Source of the DNA: Vicugna vicugna
Taxonomy: Eukaryota
DNA length: 64,000 bases
NCBI GenBank assembly: GCA_013265495.1
Contig: MU058065.1
Span: 2,147,003 to 2,211,002 of the forward strand
Direction of reading: 5' to 3'
In this document: piece by piece, positions 13,790-27,570 of the stretch
Layout: every line of letters starts with the position of its first letter
Numbering within the stretch: position 1 is the first letter of the stretch
Made by a program: the position numbers and the translations under genes
Notes under the pieces: generated by a model
What the model was told of the DNA's origin: nothing
Seen by the model: only the letters and a program-made list of their open reading frames with translations
Database searches by the model: none

Positions 13790-14020
13790 AGCACCAGGAA
13801 CTACAACCAGTAATTCATATGCCTTACATGAATTCGTTATCCCAAGACCCAGGATGATGATAATAGTAATATAATAATAATTAATAATTAATAATAATAA
13901 CAATAAATGATTTTCCTTGTGTTACACATGAGGCACAAGCAAGGTTGCCTACATCCAAGGAGCCAGTAGGTGTTGGAGTCTGTTGGGAACCCAGACCTTC
14001 CAGCCCCGGAATCCACTTTC
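13790..14020 (-). mobile_element. MIR SINE with an internal (AAT)n expansion at about 13860-13906
   Basis: ttacacatgaggcacaagcaaggttgcc...gggaacccagaccttcc flanks an AAT-rich run. Confidence 0.5.
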
Positions 14021-15108
14021 AACCACCATTCCTATTGCCTCCCTGCATCTTGGGGCTCGTCCTAGACCCAAAGTAGCCGCAACAGAGTAGAATCAAATCA
14101 CAAGCCAGCACAGTGCAGCCGTATTAGCTGAAAGGAGGCAAACAAATGATTGTAACAACGTGGACAGGAAAACTCCACGTGGAGGCAACTCATCAGGGAA
14201 TTGCTTTGGGGGCTGCTCGCCATATTCTCCAGTCAAATAAAAATGTTCTAAGTTGGACTCTTTTGTATGTTCTAGAAGAAACAATGACTGTTCTGAGCAC
14301 AGATCTCTCCAACCCTCTGTGTCCAGAACACGCTGTGGACCAGCGTCAAAAGCCAATGTGACTCTGAAAAGAACTCCCTAGAATGAATGTATTTACATTT
14401 ATTCTGTAAACTTGCACTTCCTTTCCAAGCAGTGACATCCATCAACCACTCTTCAAAGTCACTCTTGCTGGGCTAAGAGCGTGGTCACGCCGGAGCCCTA
14501 TTTTTAGCTGGCCTGTGGTTTGGTCCTTGCAGACGTTCGCAATGTCTGCTTTGGTCCTAATCTGTTTCTTCCTTTTCCCCTACTCTTGGAGCGCATGTTT
14601 ACTTCATCAGCAGCTCGAACTGAACATCTTGAGGGCCTCCAGCAGGGAAAAACCAGCTTCGAGTGTTTTGAAAGCTCAGTGCTTGATAGCATTGGTGCTG
14701 GTTCATCATGAAGAAAATTAAGGTAATAATAAAGGCTTTCAAGAGACCTCAGAGTATGTTTTAACTGCATAAAAATTGGTTTTAAAGAGCGGTCAGCCGT
14801 GGAAACTCAAGCTAGAAGAAATCCTTGAATTTTTTTTCAAAAATTCATTTTCCTGCTTTAATACAGCAAGAATATTCAAGGTAAGATAACTTCACATAAT
14901 ATCTTATTGATGAGTGCCTAGCATTGCTCTGCGCGTGGCGAGAGAAGTGCTTTCAGTAAGCACATGGCCCTCCTGAAGGGGCAAGGTATCCACACATATG
15001 TAAAGCAAAACATTCCAAGCGCCACATGAGACAGACGGGAGTGAGAGACAAATGCATCTTACAGGCAGAGAGTGCTAGGTGACTCCGGGCACCCCTGGGA
15101 TGGCCTCC

Positions 15109-15485
15109 TGGGATGGGCTGCATTGTGTGCGCACCCCCCAAATTTGTTAATTGATGCCTTCAATCCCTGTACCTTGGAATGGAGATAGGGTCCTTACAGC
15201 GGTGACGAAGTTAAAATGAGGTCCTTAAGGTGGGCCCTCATCCAACGGACTGTTTTTATAAGAAGAGGGAATTAGGACACAGAAACCCTGGCACAGAGAA
15301 AAGGCCACATGAAGGCACAGGGAAAAGACAGCCACCTATAATCAAAGGAGAGAGGCCTCGGAAGAATCAAACCTGCTGTTTCCTTGGTCTCAGATGTCAA
15401 GCCTCCGGAGCCGGGAGAAAACAGATTTCTGTGGTTTAAGGCCCCTTGTCACCCGTGCTTTGTTGTGGCAGCCCTGGCATCTCTG
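15109..15485 (+). mobile_element. MLT1B-like ERVL-MaLR solo LTR
   Basis: ggagatagggtcctta...aagttaaaatgaggtc...ggtgggccctcatcca...ttataagaagaggga...gatttctgtggtttaag...tttgttgtggcagccctggca. Confidence 0.8.
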
Positions 15486-15759
15486 GGAGCTGGTGTGGTA
15501 GCGGGAGACCTCGTGGAAGGCAGAGAAATAGAAATCGACCAGAAGGATGTCTAGGATCTGTGGATGAGGGCAGGCACCCCGGCAAAGGACAGGAGAGACT
15601 TGTTTGAACCAAATCAAGTGGCTGTTATATGACCTCCTTCAGCCTGTAAAAATGACGGGTTCCATATGATTCAGCCCAGTGTGAGCAGAGGGCCTGGGAC
15701 AAGATGGTCACCCGGGTCTTGCAGCAAGACTTCATGGTCACGATGTGCCCGCTCCACTC

Positions 15760-15900
15760 AGTGACTGCCGGTGAGTTTCTGCTCAGATCCTCATTTTCCT
15801 CTTCTGTAAAATGAAGACAAGAACTTGCACCCAATTCACATGACTGTTGGGAGCCTTAAAGTAGATGGTGCCTGCAGTGCAGGGCCTGGGGAATATTTAG
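15760..15900 (+). mobile_element. MIR SINE fragment
   Basis: Contains the core cctcattttcctcttctgtaaaatga. Confidence 0.6.
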
Positions 15901-16041
15901 GATCTTGGGATGCGTTAGGATAGCTTTTAGGACTCTGCGTGTTACAGGTAATAAGAGCTAAACTGAAACAGCTCAAGGGGGATAGGACAGATTATTACGA
16001 GGATGAGAATGCCTCACAGAACACAAGGAGCGAGCTCAGCC

Positions 16042-16252
16042 CAGTGACTCTCCACTGGGAGTCATGTGGCCCTCCAGGGGACGTGTGGCGCTGTCTGGAG
16101 ACATTTTTGGTTGTCACAACTAGGGAGGAGCTGCTGGCACCTAGTGGGTAGAAGCCAGTGATTCTACTCAACATCCCGCAAAGCACAGAAACTCCCACAT
16201 CCGAGGATTATCCGGTCCCATGTGTCAGCAGTGCTGGTACCGAGAAACTCCA
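16042..16252 (+). mobile_element. MER20 hAT-Charlie DNA transposon
   Basis: Diagnostic tgtctggagacatttttggttgtcacaact...ctggcacctagtgggtagaagccag; ends cagtg...gagaaact. Confidence 0.85.
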
Positions 16253-16739
16253 GGCCAAGAGCTAGAAAGTCACCTGCAGCCTCGAGACCACACCTGTTCA
16301 GTGTGTCGGCCGTGAGGCGCTTGTCCCAGGGCTGATCACACTTTTTCTCCTGTGCTTTGTGATGCGGAAGCTGTGTCTCTGCAAAGCACATTTCTGCTTT
16401 GCTAACTGGTTCCACGTGGAGTTCTGTCGAGGGCACGGGAAGGCCGTGTCCAATCTCATTCCGAGAACTGAGAACCTGTGCCCGGCCCAACAGCCCATTA
16501 GTAACTGTGGTTACTTAGAGATGAAATAGAAATGTGATTTTTATTTCAATTTATATGTAGTTCAGATGGCTCCTAAGTTGGAAATCTTTAAGGATTTATT
16601 AAGTTGTTTTTATCTAACTATTAAATAAAGAAGAAATGTTAGTTATTGCTTTCAGCCTAGGGGTGTCATGAAAATATTATGCTGTGATCAAGAAAGTTTG
16701 GGAATCTCTGCCATGACTTTTTTACCCTGAAACAAATGT

Positions 16740-16741
<2 letters not shown>

Positions 16742-16775
<34 letters not shown>
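16742..16775. repeat. (CA)n microsatellite
   Basis: About 15 CA units seen directly. Confidence 0.95.
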
Positions 16776-17009
16776 AACCAGCACACTGTCTGATACACAA
16801 TGACTTCTCAACAAATATGTCAGGGAATAGATAAAAGAATGAATGGCTGAGACAGCAACACATCTCAGGTTTAACTTCTCATGCTTGGAACTATGTCCAA
16901 GTCACTCATCTCAGGGCAGAGACCCCTCAGTTAGCTTACTCTTAGCCTTTCTTTGGGCAATCTAGGGGCCAGGGGATGGACCCGGTGGGGCTCTGAGAAG
17001 ATGGTGGCA

Positions 17010-17340
17010 CCACGAGGTGGGAGTGTAGGAAGGCTTCCTGGAGGAGGTGAACGTTTCCGAGGTGGACAGGGTAAGAAGGATGGAGAGGCTGGCATCTGAG
17101 TGGGAAAATGTTTCTGGCAGAAGGGCAGTCATGACGGGAAGCACATGAGAAAGCCTGAGACCGAAAACACAAGAGCAGCAGAGGAAGAGGTTGAACAAAA
17201 GGGAAGAGAGGTGTGGGATGGGCCTGGGATAGGAGGCACAGAGGCAGGGAAGTCAGACACAGAAGAACCAGGAGGTCAAATCACAGAATTTGAACTTACT
17301 TAGAATTTATTGAAGAAAAAGAGTAGGTCAGATATTTAAA
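17010..17340 (-). mobile_element. L2 fragment
   Basis: aggaaggcttcctggaggaggtga...gaatttgaacttact. Confidence 0.5.
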
Positions 17341-18179
17341 GAAGGGGTGATGTGCTCAGAGACTCAGGGAAGAAGTGTAATCTTAGCGCCAATGACCCCA
17401 CGAGGGCGCCAAGGGCCACCTGGTTAACAGGTAGCTTAGGGAGCCCCCAGACGGGCCCTGAGCAGGGTTTGCAAGGAATTCAGAAGCTTGGGGGAGCATG
17501 CAAAATATATCCCAGCATAGACTCATCTGGGTGAACAATCTGCTGTGCTTGAACGGTTGCAAATGAAGAAAAATGATTTATGCTTTTTCTTTGGGCTGAA
17601 AAGTTTCCACACTGAACAGACTCTTATAAACGCAGCTACAGAACTTGGTCCAGATAAGCTTCTCCCGCAGGCTACCCGTAGAGGTGAGGGGTGGCTCAAA
17701 TATCAAAATCTGCTCACATTCGGATTACGTAGTTCTCCGAACAAAGGCTCTGGTGGCACAGCAGGCTGGTGGTGGGCTCCGCCTGCAGGGCTCATGCCAA
17801 GTTTTGTCTTGTTCTGTCTTTAAGAGGGCTCATTCGTTTTGAGTGGCAGCTCATGTTTTCACAAAGGTCTCATTTCAGTGTTATCCCTACATCATGATAC
17901 CATTTAAAAATAAATAAAACAAAATAAGGCATTTTCATCTGCTTGAACTTGAAAGATTTTACAAATTCATGTCAGAACTTTATTCTTAGTTGAACCATTT
18001 TTCTTGTGGCATCTGAGATACATGGATTCTAAAGAACTGGTTATCTTTTTACTGATTCTTTGAGGTTGTGTTGTATTGTGGTCTTTTTCATGCTCTTCTT
18101 GAAGCACCAGCATGTGCGTCGTTAATACCCTCGAGAAATGCCTGAGAGGCCACTGAGTTTTATGGAAATTCACTCAACT

Positions 18180-18790
18180 GGAAAACTTGGGATCAAATCC
18201 CAAATCTATCCACATTTGCTGTGACTTTGGCTCAGTCACTTTACCTCTCTGAACACCTGCTTTCCTATCCAACAGATGACAAGGGACAGTGTGTCACCAC
18301 GGGCAGAACACGAGTTTCAGGTTCCCACAAGCCTGGGGTCTGAATTTTGGGTCCACCATTTACTAGCATTCTGACCCAAAGAAGGCACTCACCCTGCATC
18401 CAAATTTTATTGTATGTAAAATATGAATAATGATATCTTCCTCACAGGGCTAGTGAGAGAAATAAAGTCACTTATAAATAGAGTTTCCAAGTATCATGTT
18501 TCGAACCTCACTGTCCGGTATTTGAGACTTTCACTGGGGGAAAGGGGCAGCTGAATTTTTTTTAATGGGGGCATTTATCATGATATATACGGTAGTGATG
18601 AATGTTAGCGTTAGCTTGTCCTGTCATGATTTAGGTGCAATTATTCCTGCTCACTCTCTAGGCTTCTGCCTTACTATGCTGATTTGCAAATTAGATGTTA
18701 AGTACGGGATTTGCTTCCTCATAAATTCCGGTGCTTGCAAGGCAGAATGGCTCTATGCAGCGAAGCAGTTCAGGACTGTGAGCAGACAGG
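18180..18790 (+). mobile_element. Cluster of up to three degraded MIR copies
   Basis: gctgtgactttggctcagtcactttacctctctga; ccaccatttactagc...tgtaaaatatgaataatgatatcttcctcacagggc; a weaker third copy near 18590-18790. Confidence 0.55.
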
Positions 18791-18974
18791 TAACAATTAT
18801 GAAATAATGCGGAATTCTTTTCTTTTATAAACTTACAGTGCAAGTCAGTCTTGGGTCTACTTTCATTTTTCTCATTTTCTCATTTATTCAGCACATTTGT
18901 TTTTTTGATTCTTTGTTTTTAACTTCTTTTCTTATTATAAAAAATGCATATTTATTGAAAAAATTAAGAACACA

Positions 18975-19078
18975 TAGCACTTAGCACGATAGTTTCAAGG
19001 TTCACCCACATTGCAGCATGTATCGTACTTCATTATTTCGAGGCTGAATGATATTCCTTTTATGTGTATATCACATAC
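18975..19078 (-). mobile_element. Old L1 (L1M) fragment
   Basis: cacttagcacgatagtttcaaggttcacccacattgcagcatgtatcgtacttcatt...ggctgaatgatattcc. Confidence 0.65.
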
Positions 19079-19109
19079 AGACTTGCCTAAGGAACCATAT
19101 CTCCAATAA

Positions 19110-19290
19110 CTCTAATTCTCATATCAACCCTGAAAGATTGTATGTATCTGAAAGATACATAACGTTATTCCCATTTTGCAGATGAAAAAACTGAGGCAGA
19201 GAGGGTTATACAAGCGTACATGGTGTTAACACTGGAGCCAGGGTCAGAACTCAGTTTTGTCTGTTTCCAAAGCCTGCACACTTTCCCTTT
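19110..19290 (-). mobile_element. MIR SINE
   Basis: attcccattttgcagatgaaaaaactgaggcagagagggtta. Confidence 0.8.
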
Positions 19291-20951
19291 AAGTTTCATT
19301 TACAGGACAATTTCCTTAGGATAAAGTTCTAGAAGTGAGATTTGTAAATCACAAGCCATGTAGAATTTAAAATTATTTATTGCAGGACTTTTTAAAAGCA
19401 AGACACTTTTGGTGACTTCATCCAGCTTGATCAAAAATCTTAAAGATTTAATTTAGTCCCAAAGAGCCTTTCAGAAATTGATGCTACAATTTTTGGCCTG
19501 AAGGCCACATTCAAATTGCGGAAAAATGAGTTTCTTGCTTATGCAGATCATAAATTGACTGCCAAGCCACAAATGTGAATTTAAGGAGTCTCAGATTCTA
19601 GAAGGAGAATTTAGAATTCATGATACTATACTCTGAGTCTTCTGCATGTGGCTAATGATGATCAATCTTTTGATGAGTAATTCAAATCTGGAGGTTGTCA
19701 ACATGAAAAAAGGGGCTTCCTCCAAATTCTCTTCAGGAGAACTGTTGGTATTTGGGACATGATGTTCAAATCCCTTGAGAAAACGTCATTTCTTGATAAG
19801 TGGAAATATGTTTTCCACAGGGAACCTGCCACTCGATATAAAAACTACTTTGATAATTGCTCTAACTTCTGTACCAAATACTAGATTGAAAATAATTTTT
19901 TTCTGCTATGAGTAATCTTGGTTTAATGACTATAACAGAAATAGTCTTGAGTCAATAAAAACCAGTCTTTGTGGTTTGTTGGAGGTTTTTAAAATACTTT
20001 TACTTATTTGGTAAGAAGAAGAATGTTATGTAGAATGTCATCATTAAACATTCCACAATATAAATAATTTTTACCTGATAAATCATTCCCACCTAGGCTA
20101 GAATGATCTGACAAATCTATTCCAATGTCAGATACAATGCCTGGCCTCTTAGACATGATTAACTTCATTACTTGCATTGATTTCAAAAAGTAGAGGTAAG
20201 ATTAAAATGTATTTACTTATGCAGCACATATTTATCGGCCACTTACTCTGTTGAATCATTAGGGATGTATCAACGAACAAAACAAATTCCTCTCCACCCT
20301 CATGAAAGTAGACCAGGCAGGGGGATGGTCAGAGGGTACCAACCAGGCTAACAAAATGCTATGTGTTCAATGGTGATAAACAAAGGAAAAGCAAGATGAG
20401 GAACAGGACGTGACAAAAAAAAGTAGCTTTATGAGCAAAGATCTGAAGTTAGAGAACAATTTGGGCAGGGGGATCAGCAGGATTAAAGATCCTGGAGGAA
20501 GATCTCAGCTGGAGGATTTGGGAGCAGCACAAGGGCTGGGAGGACTAGAGTGAGTTCAGGGGAGGGAGGGTTGTCAGTGAGGTTACAGAGGTCTAGACCA
20601 TGAAGACCTTTGCAAGGATTTTGCTTCTCCTCTAGTGGAAAACCATTGCAGGCCTTGAGTAGATGTGACATACTTGTGAAGAGGCTAACTCTGGGTGCTA
20701 TGTGGGGACAAGAGCATAGGGAGGCAATAGTAGGAACAGGAAGATCATTCAGAAGTCTAGTGCAGCCATCCAGGCTAAGATGGTGGTGGCTTGGGTCCGG
20801 GAGGACAAGCAGTTAGATTCTGGATATATTCTGAAGGTAGAGCTGAGAGGATTTGCTTACAGAGTGAATATGGGGACTGGAAGAAGAAACAGCTCAGGGA
20901 TGATTCTGAAGTTTTTAGTCTTTAAAAATGTGTCTTAAAAAATGAAGTTGT

Positions 20952-21097
20952 ATATACAAGATCTTGCGGTAGCTCACAGCAAAAAAAATGCGATAATGAA
21001 TGTATGTATGTTCATGTATAACTGAAAATTTGTGCTCTACACTGGAAACTGACACAACATTGTAAAATGACTATAATATAACTCAATAAAAATGTTA
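20952..21097 (+). mobile_element. Young, 5'-truncated L1 3' end with a 15-bp TSD
   Basis: TSD aaaaaatgaagttgt at 20937-20951 and 21098-21112, preceded by TT (TT|AAAA endonuclease site). The body is near-identical to the copies at 43583 and 46407. Confidence 0.9.
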
Positions 21098-21548
21098 AAA
21101 AAATGAAGTTGTTGTTAATTGAAAGAGGAACATTTCATGAACAGTTTCTTTTAGTTGTTATTGTTATTGGCTTTTGTCTTGGGGTGATATACGAGTTTGA
21201 CTTGGGATATGTTAAGTACGAGATAACAACTAGAGTCCAGGAACCAGGTGGATGTACAAACATGAGCAGGAGATGCATACTTGGGAATCATCAGTGTTGT
21301 GTTAGATTGTGTTTAAAGGCAAGGTCATAACAGAGGTAAGGACAGATGGAGAAGAGAAAAAGTCTAAGAACCGATCCCTAAGGAACCTCAAGGTTTAGAG
21401 AAAAGAGAGAGAAACAGAATTCAGCAAATGAGACTGACAGAAAATTATTAGTCAAATAGTAGAAGAATGAAAAGAGAACATTGTCCCAATGGTAAAAGAA
21501 GGGAGTGTGTTCAGAGGGAGAGAGTGACTAACTGTCAAATGGTGCTAT

Positions 21549-21916
21549 TGTCTTGGTAGCTCAGGCTGTTACGGCAAAATACCTAGACTGAGTGGCTTAA
21601 ATAATAGACATTTATTTCTCAAGTTCTAGAGGCTAGAAGTCCAAGATCAAGTGGAGAGCAATTTAGTTCCTGTTGAGGACCCACTTCCTGACTTGTAGAT
21701 AGCCACCTTCTTCCTATGTCCTCACATAGCAAAGAGAGGAAGCTCTGTGTCTCTTCCTCTTCATATAAGGACACTAATCCCATCATGGGGGTCCCACCCT
21801 CATGATCTCATATAACCTAATTACTTCCCAAGGTCCCGCCTCCTATTACCATCACACTGGGGATTAGGGCTTCAACATCTGAATTTTGTAGTGACACAAA
21901 CATTTAGTCCATACTA
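21549..21916 (-). mobile_element. MLT1A ERVL-MaLR solo LTR
   Basis: tgtctt...gaagtccaagatcaag...taaggacactaatcccatcatg...ggggattagggcttcaacat...gacacaaacatttagtccata matches the reverse complement of MLT1A. Confidence 0.85.
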
Positions 21917-22197
21917 GGTACAATGAAGAGAATTGAGCATTGGATTTGGCAACATGGAAGTCACTGCTGACTTCGAAAAGGTTAGTTTTGGTGCTGTGGG
22001 GGGATACACTCAGAGAGCATGGAGAAAGCAAGGTCAACATGGAGAGATTGAGTTGTACTTTACACAAAGTTACCCAGATTTGAGGCAAGTGGGGATCAAA
22101 TCTCTCCAACTGGAGTGTCACTGGCCAAGTCCTCCACTGATCCTGAACAAGCTGTTTCAGCCTAGAGGAAAGGATGAATTTTTGTAATTTGTCTGCC

Positions 22198-22829
22198 TGG
22201 AGTAGGTAGAATTCTAAGACAGACCCCACTAGTCTGGCCCCTGGCTTACACATATCATCTCCTAGTTATTCAGTCAAACACTGATCTAAGCACTAAATAC
22301 TAAGGTACTGTCGTAAGGTTTTCAGATATAATTAAGGACTCACATCAATTGATCTTTAGGGAGATTATTTGAGCGGACCTGGATTGACCACATGACCTTT
22401 TTAAAAGTAGAGCATTTTCTCCCATTGGTTGGAAAAGAAATCAGAGAGACATACTCCACCTGGCCTGCAAAAAGCAAACATCAAGACTGTGAACTGTTTA
22501 TGGGGGCCATTGGGAGGGAACTATGGGTGCCTTTAGCTGCTGAGAGAGGACTCCAGACAATGGGTATAAGGAAAATGTGACCTCAGTCCTGTGACCACAA
22601 GGAACTGAATTCTTCCAACAATCATCAAGTTTCAAAGAGGACCTTAAGCCCAGATGAAACTACAATTCTGGCCAATACCTTGATTTCACCCCAGTGACAC
22701 CCTGAGCAGAGAATCCAGCCATGCTATGCCTGAACTTCTGACCCACAGGAACCGTGAGATAACTCATTTGTATTGTTTTAAGCCACGAAATTTGTGATAC
22801 TTTGTTACACAGCAATGGATACTAGTACA
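22198..22829 (+). mobile_element. MLT1E-like ERVL-MaLR solo LTR
   Basis: gtaggtagaattctaaga...ttattcagtcaaacactgatcta...cacaaggaactgaattcttccaacaa...ttgttttaagccac...tttgttacacagcaat. Confidence 0.8.
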
Positions 22830-24149
22830 AGATTTAAAAATTCACACTATGCACCACAAGTCCCAGAAGCAATTGAAGGCAAAGTAGAGGTAGCCAAGAT
22901 AGACAACTCTTTCAATAAGTTTTGCTAAAAAGGGGACAGAGAAATGGTAACATATGGAGCTCATGGCCAAATAGTGCTGTTTTTGTTTTAAGTTGGGAAA
23001 TATTATGGTATTGCACACTGACAGGAATGATGATTCTGTATCACCGGGGAAATGAAAGTGCATGCTAGAGGAAGAACAATTCTTAGTGCAATGTCCTGGA
23101 GAGAGGGGTGGGACCCCGGGAAAGTAGGAGGGATGGGCTCAGTCTTCCACAGAAACAAAGTCATCCTTCCATAGTACTGAGAAAAGGCAAAATGTCTTCT
23201 CTGTGCATAGAAAGAGGACAGCTGGTCACCAACTGATGGGAGATTCCTGATTGCTCCCATTTTTCAGGGAAATAAGAATCAAGGAATTAGCCCCAGTTGG
23301 GAGCAGTGAGAGTATAATGATCATCCAGGAGTGTGGGTAAGTGGACAGAACAGGGGCGTGCTGTGGGCTTGCTTGGCTCATATGTAGTTAGTGGTTAGGA
23401 ATTTAAAGCGAAGCCATCAACATAGATATGTATTTTTCTCCAGCCACATCCAGCTCTCTGGGGCAGGCTTTCAAAATTCAGAAAGTTGCATTTAACCAAA
23501 TTGAGAGTTTTCAGACGAGTCCAACAGCTGAAGGAGGTAGAATGGTCACCAGTGAGAGAGCTGCAGGGAAAGCAGGGCCCTGGGGATGGACGCAGGACTC
23601 AGAAAGGGTAAGAAGGTGCGGGAATATTGAGTCAAAGGGTATGGGAAATTTTGCTGATGACTAATGTTGAGAAGGTCCCATGGAAAGGAGGCAGAGTGGG
23701 AGATGGGGCCATTGCAGGTGATATATGGTGCTGTATGTGGATGAGAGTCTGGAAGATGAGGGGGGATCTGGGGAGGTCCTAGCTTCCTAATGGTGGCTGA
23801 TGAGGAGATGGTGGCAAAGAGCTTGTGAGGATTGGGAGGTGGGTGGGGTCTTCATGTTAAAGGCACCCAAGAAAGCTCTTCACACTTTCACCCTCTTCAT
23901 GCCTACTCCTGGCAGGAGCAGGGGAGCTGTATGTGAATGTACTTTGAGAAGGATGAAGCATGAGATAAAGGGAAAAACTTTGATTACAAGTCCATTGATA
24001 AAATGCAGTGTGTGAAGAAAAAATATCTCTTGCTTTAGTTTGTTTTCACAACAGCACCATCAGACAACCATGCCAGGACTGACAATGGCTGTCATGCCTC
24101 CCACAACTCCCACTGCAGGCTGGAGTCTGACCCACTGAGAACGTAGAGT

Positions 24150-24830
24150 ATTGCCTTTCAAAAGCCATATCTCTGTCTGACCAACACCAAGAAGGTCCAA
24201 GACTAGACTGAGCTCCTATCTTATGATTAGGGAGTTGAATTTAAAATCTGTAGATTTGGTACTTTGGGTCCATTTTCAATATGCTCCTAAAATAAAAGCT
24301 TTAGTATAAACACAGAGTCCAAACAAAAGTATGGGCCATGACGGGGGGAAATCTGGTGCCTCATGACTGAAGGGAATGTTTAGATTAAAAATTTAAAAAA
24401 CCTGCCTAGCGGGACCAAACTTTCAAAGAATGAGTGTCACAGCAAGTACACGTTGGCAGTCAAAGTTGAGCCAGGAAAGAGGTGAGTTGCCAGAGGACTT
24501 CAAACTATTATATTATATCCAGATCACAGCTAAGTAGAGAAAACGTTGTGGACATACAGAGATTAGAGAGGCCAGTGGGCAAAAATTGAAAGACAACTTA
24601 CTGTTGCTTAATATTCACAAAGAGGTCTTACCCAACAATGTGTGTGAACTTGTTGTGACCTCTGCAGTTGTCTTTCTGTTAGCAGGACAAGTTTCTGGGA
24701 ACTTTAACTTGGCGTTTCTCACCATCTAAGATGGTGTATCCTGAACAAAGAATTGTTATGAGAAACAACAGTTCCCTTGAGATCTGAAGACATTTTCCAT
24801 AGAAGAGCACTGAACATCTGTTGGAAATAC
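24150..24830 (+). mobile_element. Possible highly decayed CR1/L3 LINE 3' region
   Basis: Weak collinear resemblance (gactgaagggaatgtttag...tttcaaagaatgagtgtcac) to the L3 3' end; needs a profile-HMM search. Confidence 0.3.
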
Positions 24831-27394
24831 CAGTAGGATCCTTGACCATCAGAAATTGATTCAATTTTACTGATTATTGAAGGGCATGGGAAGAAAATTC
24901 TGGAGAACACTTGGTATCAGCTCTTCTCCATTTGTTTTGAAAATGGTTTATCTCTCTCCCCAACACTCAACCCAGCCACCGTTTTCTCCTGTGAGCTAGT
25001 AGGGCTGCTAAAAGAGATGCCAAACCAATTTTGCTATCAGCCAAAGAAAGATATACTCTGAAAAGTCCCTTCTGAGTCTCACATTCCATGATCATAAAGC
25101 AAACCTCCTGATACCCCTAATCATAGCATGAGTCCTTAAATTAAGTAGAGTTTGACTTTGAATGACCCAAGTCACAGCTCCCTCTCTGCATGCGAATAAT
25201 CAGGAAGGCCCTCTGTTCATCTTCCCCACCATCCTTGAACACACATGCATGAACAGACCACTACCACGTTGCTTGAACAGGACATGATATGCAATTACTT
25301 TATTCAAAAATACTTCAAGGTAATAGATTCAGAGTGACACTGAAAAATTGGCTTGTCATCCTAGTCTCCACTATCATCTTCAGTCACCAATAGCTGGCTT
25401 CAAAAATACCGAGCTTCCTGTGTTGTACTTGTTTTGTCAATTCTTGATTCTTCTCAAGGGAATTATTGAGTTCCTTAGCCTTTGGCCTCTTCCTAAGATC
25501 ATACAACCAACCCTATAAGGAAACAGAGAGGGTGAAAGAAAGGCCAGGAAGTGTGGCACTCTGCAAGGAAGGATGAAGTCATCAGGATCTCAAAGGGCAT
25601 CCACTTATTAGCTTGCTTTGCAAGTGACCGCTCTCTTGGCTTAAGAGAACAGGAGGATATTTGAACTTGAGGTTAGTCTAGGGATGAAGAAGATGGAGAG
25701 AGGAGGAAGAGGCATTGCCTGCAAAGCACAAAGCTGGGGAAAGATGTAGGAAGCAGTGTTCAGAGCACCTAGGGGACCACATCAGAGTCCTGGGCACTTG
25801 TTCAGAGGAAAGCAAAGATGAAGGAAGACCAAGGCAAATGTCACCTACTTTTCTATGTGTTCCTAAGTAGGCATGGTTGCTTCCCTATTATTTAAGGATA
25901 ATAAACTTTTAAAGGAAACCCAAGGAGCATTTTAAGGGGTGCTTGGGTTCCAGGTCTGTTGGAATAATTGTATTTTCATTGTCAGCCACCAAGTGGGATA
26001 GAGATTCTCTCAACCCATCCCCAGTGGCTTTCCACAGGGCTGATATTTTGGGGTCATAAAGAATTCGCATATGCAAATGAAGGCCTTTGCATCTGAGAAG
26101 ATTTCTGAGGTGTCTCCCTCCCCAAGCCCGTCCTAGCTTCAGCTGGGTCTGCAGATCGGTCACCAAAGCCGTCAGAATTGAGTCTCCCAGGCTTGGGGCC
26201 TGAACTCGTATTTCCAAAATTTCCCTAAGCAGTCAGATTTGGAAAGCACTGAAAATTCCCAAGAATGACAGAAAAGGTGAAGGGGGATTGGTGAGGAGGC
26301 CAGGGGGCAGAGGTCAAGTGGGAGGAGGGGCCTGCCTGTCTCTCTGGGTCTTTCTGCAGCGGGAAGCTGGCCCTACTCAACCACTGCTTTTTCTCTTCTT
26401 TCCACTGACTACTGAAAAGGGTGAGGGGAAGCTGGGTGGAAATCTTTTGGGGTGAGACTCTCTGGCTATTTGTGACCAGCGTGAATTACCTAAATCCTCA
26501 GTTTCCTGACCGATAGCAATGGCTGAATGGCTACCAGCGTCAGCTCACAGGCCCAGGCCAAGCCAGAATAGGCACTGATTCATGGCCTCCGGGCGAGTCC
26601 TGACCTGGCAGCCCTGGCATTCCCAGCCGCCGAAGTGCCCAGGCAGTGACGTTTGGTGCACTGTGACCCTGATGGAGCCCTGAGCCAAACTGGGAAGTAG
26701 ACCAAGGTTTTCATCAACATTTCTCCTATTCCTCTCCTCCCAGCCCTGCAGACTCTGAAGCACCAAGTCCCATTCAAGCCTGTTTTCCCCCAAATGAACC
26801 ATCATCTTTTTCTCATCACCATTGCCTTCTTACCAATTCCCTTCCTTTGAAGCTGGTCACTGCTAAATTATTGGTCTAATTAAAGCAATTATCACTAAAG
26901 TATGGATGACTGATGCATTTCCAACTTTTCAAGGAGTGTCTGTTAATTCAAATACATCTCCTTGTGGTAAAAATGGATTCAGGAGGTGGGTTTTTATGGT
27001 CTGGGGGGGGCCCTCTGGGCTCCTTGACTCTTCCAGGAAACTTCCCACCCCGGCACTGAACTGTCAGCCTCATAATCACCATCCCATCTCCTTCATCAGT
27101 CAGTTTTGACTGAAGCTTTACACAACACAAGACTGAGTTCAATACATAGACATTCCTGGGAGAAGCCTGAACACTGTGTGATTGCATTCAAAGCCAGAAC
27201 ATTTGCAAGCATTGTTTTTCTTAAAAATGCCAAAGAATGTTCCTCTGGCATTCATCTGCAACTGTTGTCTACTCCTAAGCTCGCTCTGCCTATATAGATG
27301 CCTCCTCTTCCACAAATCTTGAATGAGTTAAATCTTGAGTGAGTGAAAAGGTTATGCCTTCAAGTCCAGGAATATAGTGAGGTTGTCAGACATT

Positions 27395-27570
27395 AATCCA
27401 AGATGGCAGCTCTGGGTCCAATCAGCACGTCCGCCATCCTGCCGGCAGAGAGAAGGGAAGGACCTTTCACAGGCATTTAACACACAATTTCCACTGAAGT
27501 TGTGCCGACCAGAACCCAGTCACATGACCAGACCTGTCTGCAAGGAAGGCTGTGAATTTTCACTTCTAAG
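27395..27570 (-). mobile_element. MLT1J/K-like LTR fragment
   Basis: caagatggcagct...ccagaacccagtcacatgaccagacctgtctgcaaggaaggctg. Confidence 0.55.

Larger units (their letters stand above)
20210..23700 (-). mobile_element. Long L2 LINE interrupted by L1, MLT1A and MLT1E insertions
   Basis: Collinear antisense L2 blocks (ggatatattctgaaggtagagc; cattggatttggcaacatggaagtcactgctgac; tagacaactctttcaataagttttgct) resume after each insert. Confidence 0.75.

Noticed and set aside
14173..14184. CTCCACGTGGAG palindromic E-box and other CACGTG sites
   Set aside because: They are isolated, scattered and lack supporting context.
19380..20200. Unique-looking stretch examined as a possible exon or pseudogene
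   Set aside because: The frames I checked contain stops and show no recognisable protein similarity.
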